Shown: piece by piece, positions 56,917 through 64,000 of the stretch
Numbering within the stretch: position 1 is the stretch's first letter
Layout: every line of letters begins with the position of its first letter
Assembly (NCBI GenBank): GCA_038250905.1
Contig: JBBSBV010000026.1
Location: 310-64,309 of the forward strand
From: Acidimicrobiia bacterium
GTDB taxonomy: Bacteria > Actinomycetota > Acidimicrobiia > IMCC26256 > JAENVU01
Reading direction: 5' to 3'
Length of the DNA: 64,000 nt
Program-made: the position numbers and the translations under genes
The notes under the pieces: generated by a model
Told to the model about the DNA's origin: nothing
What the model saw: the letters and a program-made list of their open reading frames with translations, nothing else
Databases searched by the model: none

Positions 56917-57885
56917 TCAGCGCGCTCCGCTCAGTTCGGCGTCGACCGGCTCCGCGTAGAACTGCGAATACCACTTCCGGAACTTGAGGATCGGCCCGTC
57001 GGTGTCGGCGAGGGCCGGGACCGGGAGGAAGATCTTGTGCTCCCAGATCGGCGTGTCCTCGACGATCTGCTTGTTGATCTCGGCCACGAACGCGTCGGCC
57101 ACGGTCGAGGTCATCGAGGCGTCGTCGAACTTCTTGACCGTGAAGCTGAATCGCACCTGGGTCGTGTTCTCGTCGATGGGTGTCGTCGCCGCCACGTTGA
57201 TCGCATCGACGATCCCCGAGAAGAACACCTTCGCCATGCCTGGGCCGTAGTTGTAGACGTCGATACGGCCGTAGGTGACGCCGCGCGGGGTCACGTAACT
57301 CTGCTTCGACAGCATCGTCGAGAACGGTCCGTTCTGCTCGTAGCTCTCCACCTCCGCGACGTCGTCGGTGCCGTGCACGTACCGGAAGTGCGCCGGGTCC
57401 ACACCGTTCTCGGCCATCTCCTGGGGCACGGTGCTGATCGTGAACGACGAGCGGTAGTAGTCGGTCCAGGCCGGGTCACCGACTTCCTCGATCACCGGGA
57501 TCTCCCACTGCGGCTCGATGCCGTCGGGGTGGCGCCACGCGAAGACCATGCCGTTGCGGACGACCACCGGGTAGTTGCGCAGCTGCGCCTTCCGGTTGGT
57601 GCGCTCCGAGTAAGGGATGTTTGTGCACGCACCGTCGCCGCCGAACTCCCACCCGTGGAAGGGGCATTCGAGCGCCGCGCCCTTGACCTTGCCGCCGACG
57701 CCGAGGTGCGCGCCGAGGTGAGGACAGAACGCATCCTGGAGATGGAACTCGCCGGACTCGTCGCGCCACAGGACGAGATCAGTGCTCCAGTAGGTGAGCG
57801 CGGTCACCTCACCCGGCGTCAACTCGTCGGCGTAGGCGACCATGAACCAGCCGAACGGGTGCGGAAACGGGAATCGACGGGTCAC
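56917..57885 (-). CDS. Rieske non-heme iron oxygenase (KshA/Neverland-like)
   Basis: CPHLG...CPFHGW; ENGVDPAHFRYVH; DTPIWEHK. Confidence 0.88.
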   Translation of the reverse strand: MTRRFPFPHPFGWFMVAYADELTPGEVTALTYWSTDLVLWRDESGEFHLQDAFCPHLGAHLGVGGKVKGAALECPFHGWEFGGDGACTNIPYSERTNRKAQLRNYPVVVRNGMVFAWRHPDGIEPQWEIPVIEEVGDPAWTDYYRSSFTISTVPQEMAENGVDPAHFRYVHGTDDVAEVESYEQNGPFSTMLSKQSYVTPRGVTYGRIDVYNYGPGMAKVFFSGIVDAINVAATTPIDENTTQVRFSFTVKKFDDASMTSTVADAFVAEINKQIVEDTPIWEHKIFLPVPALADTDGPILKFRKWYSQFYAEPVDAELSGAR

Positions 57886-57905
57886 GGGCGGGCCTCCTGC
57901 GAAAT

Positions 57906-57919
57906 GAGAACAGATTCTA
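57906..57919. promoter_or_regulatory. KstR-like palindrome upstream of Rieske gene
   Basis: GAGAACAGATTCTA vs TnnAACnnGTTnnA; overlaps minus-strand TAGAAT -10. Confidence 0.45.
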
Positions 57920-57973
57920 TTTTGTGTTCCCGTTCCCTCGCCTACTTGGCTGCCCCTTGTTTGGGCAGCACCT

Positions 57974-58060
57974 GAGCCGGAGCTTGCGGAGGCGAACAGC
58001 CCGGGAGCGAGCCCCACGGAACGCATGACGATCAGGAGTGGGAGCGGACGGGCAGAAGAT
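57974..58060 (+). repeat. Dispersed repeat, copy 4
   Basis: GAGCCGGAGCTTGCGGAGGCGAACAGCCCGGGAGCGAGCCCCAC...GTGGGAGCGGACGGGCAG. Confidence 0.85.
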
Positions 58061-58890
58061 CAGGAAAAGAGGTCTTTCCGCGGAGCATCGGTGTAGACGG
58101 GGTCGCGGCCCTGGTCGAAGGCACGGATGGCCTCGGGCAGATTTTCCGTGAACCCGAGCATGAGTTGGTTGCGGTCCTCGATCTCGATCGCCGCCTCGAG
58201 ACTCGGGTTCTCGAGGTTCACCCAGAGGATGTCCTTGGTCATGGCGAGGCCGTACGGGCTGAACTCGCACATCCGTGCCGCGATCGCGAGGGCCTCGGCC
58301 TGCACGTCGGCATCCGCGAGGACCCGTGACACCAGCCCCATGCGGTATGCCTCGTCGGCATCGATCCGCCGCCCGGTGAGCAGCATGTCGTTCGAGTGGG
58401 CGGCACCGACGAGACGAGGGAGCAACCAACTCGCCGCGAGTTCGGTGCTCGTCAGACCGTTGACGATCCCGGTCGCGTTGAACGTCGCCGATTCGGAGGC
58501 GATCCGCATCTCGGCCGCCAGCGTGAGACACATCCCGCCGCCGTACGCGGGACCGTTGACGACGCAGATGATCGGCTGAGGCATGCGCCGCATGGTGAGG
58601 ATGAGCCGCGAGTAGTACCGCATCGACCGTTGCGCGATCCGGCCGACGCTCAGCCCGTCGATGTTCGGGATGATGCCGTAGTCCTTCAGGTCGAGTCCGG
58701 AGCAGAACGCGCGGCCGGCACCCGTGAGGATCACCACGCGCGTGTCGTTGTCGTCGGCGACCCGGTTGAGCTTCTCGTCGAGCTCGATCACCAGGTCGAT
58801 CGACATCGCGTTCAACCGTTCGGGCCGGTTGAGGGTGAGCACCGTCGTGTGCGGCTGCGGCTTATCGATCAACACCAGCTGTTCGGTCAT
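58060..58890 (-). CDS. Enoyl-CoA hydratase/isomerase
   Basis: LNRPERLNA, FCSGLDL, NGPAYGGG. Confidence 0.92.
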   Translation of the reverse strand: MTEQLVLIDKPQPHTTVLTLNRPERLNAMSIDLVIELDEKLNRVADDNDTRVVILTGAGRAFCSGLDLKDYGIIPNIDGLSVGRIAQRSMRYYSRLILTMRRMPQPIICVVNGPAYGGGMCLTLAAEMRIASESATFNATGIVNGLTSTELAASWLLPRLVGAAHSNDMLLTGRRIDADEAYRMGLVSRVLADADVQAEALAIAARMCEFSPYGLAMTKDILWVNLENPSLEAAIEIEDRNQLMLGFTENLPEAIRAFDQGRDPVYTDAPRKDLFS

Positions 58891-59966
58891 GGCGCTTCGT
58901 CTAGCACCTCGGCCAGCGCGACCGCCCGGCCCGTGTCGATCGACCGGTGCGCCGCGACACCGACCGCGACCGAGAGCAGCCCGGCCCCGACGTCGACCCG
59001 GGGTGGCGTCCCCGACCGGATCGCGTCGAGGAAGTCGACGTGTTCGAGGTAGCTCGACCCGTGGTGGAAGCCGGCGTGTTCGACGCGGTCGTCGTGGACC
59101 ACCTCGTGCTGCACTCCCCTCCGCCCGCCGGCCCGCGTCCCCTGCCGGAACTCGCTTCCGGGCAAGAAGGCCTCGACCTTCCCGCGGTCGCCGACCACCG
59201 AGATCTCCTCCTGGTGTTCGGAGCCCTCGGCGAACATGCAGAGGTCGAGTGCGGCACGCGTCCCGTGCTCGTACTCGACGACGACGAACGCGTTGTCGAT
59301 GATGTCGGGGGTTTCTCCGGCGTAGCGCTCGTCTCGATGGTTGACGGCCTGGCTTCCGGACGCGAAGACGCGCACCGGTCGGTCCTGCGCGATGTGGTTC
59401 ATCAGGTCGAAGAAGTGACAGCACTTCTCCACCAAGGTGCCGCCGGTGTTGCGGTTGAAGCGGTTCCAGTCGGCCACCTTCGCCAGGAAGGGAAACCGGT
59501 GTTCGCGCACCGCAATCATCTGCACTTCCCCTACCGCACCGTCTCGCACCGCCTCGATGAGCCGCGCGACGGGTGGCATGTAGCGGTACTCGAGCCCGAC
59601 CCACACGATCGCGTCTCGCTCATGCGCCGCGGCCACGACCTCCCGGCAGTCGGCGATCGTCGTGCACATCGGCTTCTCCACCAACACCGCGAGTGGCGAT
59701 GCCAGCACGTCGCGCAGCACCGCGGCATGGGTCATGTTCGGGGTCGCCACCACCACGGCGTCGACGAGGCCCGAGTCGAGGAGTTCCCGGTGTGACGCGA
59801 ACGACGCGAGCGGATCGTCGCCGGCGGTCAGCTGCGCCCATTCGCGTGAGGGCTCGTGCGGGTCGGCGATGGCGGTGACGACCGCGCCGTCCAGGGCCTG
59901 GAGGTTGCGGAAATGTTCGAGGCCCATCATCCCGGCACCCACGATTCCGTACCGAACCTCGTCCAT
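58887..59966 (-). CDS. Gfo/Idh/MocA oxidoreductase
   Basis: GAGMMG, VEKPM, GGTLVEKCCHFFD. Confidence 0.92.
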   Translation of the reverse strand: MDEVRYGIVGAGMMGLEHFRNLQALDGAVVTAIADPHEPSREWAQLTAGDDPLASFASHRELLDSGLVDAVVVATPNMTHAAVLRDVLASPLAVLVEKPMCTTIADCREVVAAAHERDAIVWVGLEYRYMPPVARLIEAVRDGAVGEVQMIAVREHRFPFLAKVADWNRFNRNTGGTLVEKCCHFFDLMNHIAQDRPVRVFASGSQAVNHRDERYAGETPDIIDNAFVVVEYEHGTRAALDLCMFAEGSEHQEEISVVGDRGKVEAFLPGSEFRQGTRAGGRRGVQHEVVHDDRVEHAGFHHGSSYLEHVDFLDAIRSGTPPRVDVGAGLLSVAVGVAAHRSIDTGRAVALAEVLDEAP

Positions 59967-59986
59967 CGGTGCCGTAGGTTACGGCG

Positions 59987-60892
59987 ATGGAGAACCTCGT
60001 CGACGCAGGGACGCGGGAACTCGGCCGATCCGGACTGACCGTCGGTCCGCTCGCCTTCGGGTGCTGGCGCTTCACCCACGGCCACATCCGCGACGCGCGG
60101 ACCGCGTTGGACACCGCGCTCGCGTCCGGCATGCACCTCGTCGACACCGCCGACGTCTACGGCCTCGACTGGGGCGGTGCCGGGTTCGGCGCGTGCGAGG
60201 CGCTCCTCGGCCGCGTGCTGGGCGACGCCCCCGAACTCCGTGACCAGATGGTGCTGGCCACCAAGGGCGGGATCCACCCCCCGGTCCCCTACGACAGCAG
60301 CGCCGAAGGACTGCGGCGGGCGTGCGAAGCGTCGCTCCATCGCCTCGAAGTCGAGACCATCGACCTGTACCAGGTGCACCGGCCCGACCTGTTCGCCCAT
60401 CCCGAGACCGTGGCCTCCACCCTGCTCGCGCTGCGGGACGAGGGGAAGATCCGCGCCATCGGGATCTCCAACCACACCGGCGCTCAGCACGATGCCCTGC
60501 GGAGCTTCCTCGGGGACGCGCTGGCCACGTCGCAACCCGAATACCACGCCGACCACCTCGACCCGTTACGCGACGGCACGTTCGACCGCTGTGCCCGCGA
60601 TCACATGACCCCGCTCGTGTGGAGTCCCCTCGCCGGCGGTCGCCTCGTCACGGGGGACGGAATCCGGCCCGAGCTGATCGCGCTCCTCGACGACCTCGCG
60701 CAGCGGGAGACCGTGACCCGGGCCGCCGTGGCGATCGCCTTCACCCTTGCGCACCCGACCCGACCGGTCGCGATCATCGGGAGCCAAAATCCCGATCGCC
60801 TGCGCGCGGCGACCGATGCCTTGCGGGTGCACCTCGACCGGACCGACTGCTACCGCATCGTGGCGACATCAGAAGGCCACCCGCTGCCGTGA
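59987..60892 (+). CDS. Aldo/keto reductase
   Basis: DTADVYG, TKGG, IDLYQVHRPD, WSPLAGG. Confidence 0.92.
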   Translation: MENLVDAGTRELGRSGLTVGPLAFGCWRFTHGHIRDARTALDTALASGMHLVDTADVYGLDWGGAGFGACEALLGRVLGDAPELRDQMVLATKGGIHPPVPYDSSAEGLRRACEASLHRLEVETIDLYQVHRPDLFAHPETVASTLLALRDEGKIRAIGISNHTGAQHDALRSFLGDALATSQPEYHADHLDPLRDGTFDRCARDHMTPLVWSPLAGGRLVTGDGIRPELIALLDDLAQRETVTRAAVAIAFTLAHPTRPVAIIGSQNPDRLRAATDALRVHLDRTDCYRIVATSEGHPLP

Positions 60893-61986
60893 CCGCCACC
60901 CGGTCGCCACTTGCGGACGCCGAGTTCGCCTGGTTCGCGGCACTCTGCGACGACGACTACGAGTATCTCGGCGTGCCGGACCCGGGGTTGCGGGCATCGT
61001 GGGCCCACTGCGCGTCGATCGTCGAGACCGCAGAGGAACAGGGCTTCGACAACGTGCTGCTGCCGTCCGGCTACGCGCTCGGGATCGACAGCGTCGCCTT
61101 CGCAGGAGGGATCGCGCCGCGGCTGCGAGCCATGCGGCTGCTCGTCGCCGTGCGCGGTGGCGAGCTCTGGCCACCGCAACTGGCCCGCCAACTCGCCACC
61201 CTCGACCAGATGCTCCAGGGACGCCTGACCGTCAACATGATCTCGAGTGATCTGCCCGGCCAGACGCTCGATTCCGCACCCCGGTACCGACGCACGCTCG
61301 AGGTCATGCAGATCCTGCGCACGCTGCTCGACGGCGATGCGGTAGATCATCACGGTGAGTTCTACGACCTGACCGTGGATCCACCGGCGGCCGCCACGGT
61401 GTCCGGGCGCTGCCCGCCCCTCTATTTCGGGGGGCTCTCGGAACCCGCACGTGACGTCGCGGCCGCGGCCGCCGACGTGTACCTCATGTGGCCCGACACC
61501 ATGGACACGGTCGCCGCGACCATCGCCGATCTGCGGTCGCGCGCCGCCCGCCACGAGCGGACCCTGCGGTTCGGATACCGCGTGCACGTGATCGTGCGAG
61601 AAACCGAGGCCGCGGCCCGGGCCGCGGCCAACCGGCTCGTCAGTCGCCTCGACCCGGCGATCGGCGACGCGATCCGCGCCCGGTCGCTCGACGGCACCTC
61701 GGCCGGCGTGCAGCGCCAGGCCGAGTTGCGCGCCGATGCGTCCGACGACGGGTTCGTCGAGCCGAACCTGTGGACCGGGATCGGGCGCGCTCGGAGCGGA
61801 TGTGGCGCGGCGATCGTCGGCGACCCCGACCAGGTCCGGGAGAAGCTGTGCGCGTACCGCGCCCTCGGCATCGACACCTTCATCCTCTCGGGCTACCCCC
61901 ACCGCGCGGAGGCGGAGCGCTTCGGACGCCTCGTGTTGGCCGACCTCGACCGCGATCGGGACCGCGACCGGGCGGCGGCATCGTGA
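60889..61986 (+). CDS. LLM class flavin monooxygenase (SsuD-like)
   Basis: LLPSGY, LYFGGLSE, NLWTGIG, FILSGYPH; GTGA overlap. Confidence 0.88.
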   Translation: MTATRSPLADAEFAWFAALCDDDYEYLGVPDPGLRASWAHCASIVETAEEQGFDNVLLPSGYALGIDSVAFAGGIAPRLRAMRLLVAVRGGELWPPQLARQLATLDQMLQGRLTVNMISSDLPGQTLDSAPRYRRTLEVMQILRTLLDGDAVDHHGEFYDLTVDPPAAATVSGRCPPLYFGGLSEPARDVAAAAADVYLMWPDTMDTVAATIADLRSRAARHERTLRFGYRVHVIVRETEAAARAAANRLVSRLDPAIGDAIRARSLDGTSAGVQRQAELRADASDDGFVEPNLWTGIGRARSGCGAAIVGDPDQVREKLCAYRALGIDTFILSGYPHRAEAERFGRLVLADLDRDRDRDRAAAS

Positions 61987-63164
61987 GGCGGGTCGCGCTC
62001 GCCGTCATCGTCGCGTTGACCGTCGTGGGCATCAGCATTGCCGTCGCCTCGCAGAACTCGGACCGCGGCCGGAAGGACGGACGCCGCACGGCCGGCGCGC
62101 CCACATCGTCGTCGACCACATCGACGTCCACCAGCACGACCACCACGACGCTGCCGACCCCCGACTCCGACGGTGACCTCGCGCTCCTGCGCACCGTGAC
62201 CGGGGACATCTCACCGAAGAGCGTCGTCGCGTCGGGCCGCGGTCAGGTCTTCGCCGAGAACATGATGTACAAGCACACCCTCACCGTGTACGACGCGCAC
62301 GGCGACCTCGTGAAGACCATTCCCGACACGGTCGACCTTGCCGCCTTCGGGATTCCCGGCCACCCCGGCATCTCCCACGGCGCGCCGGTCGAGGTGGCGT
62401 TCAGCCCGGACGGCACGAAGGCCTACGTGTCCAACTATTCGATGTACGGATCCGGGTTCGGACCCGAGGGCAGCGACCAGTGCCGCGCCGGCGACGGCAC
62501 CGACACGAGCTTCGTCTACCGCGTCGACGTCGCGACCCTCACGGTCGATGCCGTGATCCCGGTCGGGTCGGTGCCGAAGTACGTCGCGGTCTCGCCCGAC
62601 GGCAAATACCTCGTCGTGAGCAACTGGTGCAGCTTCGCCGAGAGCATCGTCGACCTCGCGACCGACACCGAGGTCAAGCGCATCCCGCTCGGCCCGTACC
62701 CGCGCGGCGTGGTGATCACCCCCGATTCGCGCACGGCGTACGTGGCGGTCATGGGGACGACGAACATCGCGCGGATCGACCTCACCAGCTTCAACGTGTC
62801 CTGGATCTACAACGTGGGCTCGGGACCGCGTCACCTCGTGCTCTCGCCCGATGGCGCCACGCTCTACGCGACCCTCAACGGCGAAGGCCGGGTCGCGAAG
62901 ATCGATCCGGTCAACGGCGTGGTACAGACCAAGGTCAGTACCGGGCAGGCGCCGCGCAGCATGGCGATCTCGACCGACGGCAAACACCTCTACGTCGTCA
63001 ATTACGAGTCGGGCACCATGAGCAAGCTCGACGCCACCACCATGGCCAAGGTGCAGGACGTGAAGACCGGGTTCCACCCCATCGGCGTCACCTACGACCG
63101 CGCCACCGGCAACGTCTGGGTCGCCAACTACACCGGCAGCATCATGATCTTTGGCACGCCCTGA
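61983..63164 (+). CDS. YVTN/YncE beta-propeller, membrane-anchored
   Basis: N-terminal TM, Thr-rich linker, AYVSN/LYVVN repeats. Confidence 0.85.
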   Translation: MRRVALAVIVALTVVGISIAVASQNSDRGRKDGRRTAGAPTSSSTTSTSTSTTTTTLPTPDSDGDLALLRTVTGDISPKSVVASGRGQVFAENMMYKHTLTVYDAHGDLVKTIPDTVDLAAFGIPGHPGISHGAPVEVAFSPDGTKAYVSNYSMYGSGFGPEGSDQCRAGDGTDTSFVYRVDVATLTVDAVIPVGSVPKYVAVSPDGKYLVVSNWCSFAESIVDLATDTEVKRIPLGPYPRGVVITPDSRTAYVAVMGTTNIARIDLTSFNVSWIYNVGSGPRHLVLSPDGATLYATLNGEGRVAKIDPVNGVVQTKVSTGQAPRSMAISTDGKHLYVVNYESGTMSKLDATTMAKVQDVKTGFHPIGVTYDRATGNVWVANYTGSIMIFGTP

Positions 63165-63215
63165 CTGGAAGCGAGTGCACGCGGCGACATGCTCCGGGTC
63201 GTGGCCACGCACTGG

Positions 63216-64000
63216 TTATGTGATCTCGGTGCCGTCGGGCCGGTGGAGGTGGAACTGGTTGTGCTGGAACTTCGCGGTCCAGCCGGGTTGGTGCACGACG
63301 CCGTGGTGGTGGTCGCAGAGCAACACGAGGTTGTCGAGATCGGTGGGCCCTCCGTATTGCCAGTGGATGACGTGATGGGCATCACACCACCCGGTGGGTT
63401 GTCGACACCCCGGATATCGACAGCCCTGGTCCCGGACCACCAGCGCCCGGCGCATCGCCCCCGACACGGTCCGGGTGTGGCGGCCCACGTCGATCGGTAA
63501 CCCGCCCGGACCCGTCACCACCCGACTGACGGTGCAGTCACACAAGAGCCGTTCCACGTCACTGCGGTGCAGGGTCCCGGTGAAGTCACCGTCGAGGCGG
63601 CCCAACTCGTGGTTGAGCAGGGTCGGCCAGTCGATCACGACCGAACACGACGGCCGGGCGCGGGTCGGGCCTTCGGGGCCGGGACCGTTGAGGTGGGCGA
63701 GGGCGAGTTCGGCCATCCGCACCAGGGCATCGGCCCGCCGGCGCGCCGCACCGCGGCGGTCGTCGTGCGAGGGTGGGTCGGTGAGGGCGTGGATCGCGCC
63801 GACCACGATCTCCGCACCCGACGACGACAAGTTCCCGTTCAGGGCGACGCGACCGTTGAAGGCACGGGAGAGGGTGAGGCCATCATGGTCGCGGGGTTCG
63901 GTCCCGTCCCGTTGCGCACACGCCCGGAAATGGCCACACGCCCGGACCAGAGCCCCCATCGCACCGTCGCGCGCCAACTCCAAGAAGATCGCCTCCACCG
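63216..64000 (-). CDS. DUF222 + HNH endonuclease (13E12-repeat family), 5' end outside window
   Basis: RRADAL, RDQGCRYPGC, CDAHHVIHW..GG.TDLDNLVLLCDHHH. Confidence 0.88.
   Translation of the reverse strand, partial: VEAIFLELARDGAMGALVRACGHFRACAQRDGTEPRDHDGLTLSRAFNGRVALNGNLSSSGAEIVVGAIHALTDPPSHDDRRGAARRRADALVRMAELALAHLNGPGPEGPTRARPSCSVVIDWPTLLNHELGRLDGDFTGTLHRSDVERLLCDCTVSRVVTGPGGLPIDVGRHTRTVSGAMRRALVVRDQGCRYPGCRQPTGWCDAHHVIHWQYGGPTDLDNLVLLCDHHHGVVHQPGWTAKFQHNQFHLHRPDGTEIT

Noticed and set aside
62100-62160. Thr/Ser low-complexity repeats (also 49900-49970 and 50970-51010)
   Set aside because: Ordinary linker stalks of secreted proteins, not nucleotide-level tandem repeats.

Overview
High-GC actinobacterial chromosome segment; gene content and style suggest an Acidimicrobiia-like organism (inference). 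It is mostly housekeeping and catabolic genes: five tRNAs (Gly-TCC, Arg-TCT, His-GTG, Lys-CTT, Leu-TAG), smpB and tmRNA, a mec-cysO-cysM-sua5-murI-MBL-rph-rdgB cluster, bioB, rsgA, many oxidoreductases, two c-di-GMP enzymes and several secreted beta-propeller/beta-helix proteins. Four things stand out. (1) After tRNA-His (9.6-19.5 kb) lies a candidate signalling/conflict module: a TIR-TM-beta-propeller protein, a helical-repeat + Glu-specific trypsin-like protease, a fusion of an unknown domain + MpaB/Lcp-like heme oxygenase + small C-terminal domain, and a convergent cyclase-STAND-TPR protein. The protease linker and the oxygenase tail share a YESL motif that may be a cleavage site. (2) A TasA/SipW-type fibre operon at the left edge includes one subunit with a sortase-like anchor. 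(3) A dispersed ~85-bp intergenic repeat (4 clear copies) has a covarying stem and GA-rich internal loops. (4) Sigma28-like promoter motifs precede the fibre operon and the c-di-GMP genes, against a background of apparent leaderless transcription. All family assignments come from reading motifs by eye; no database searches were run.
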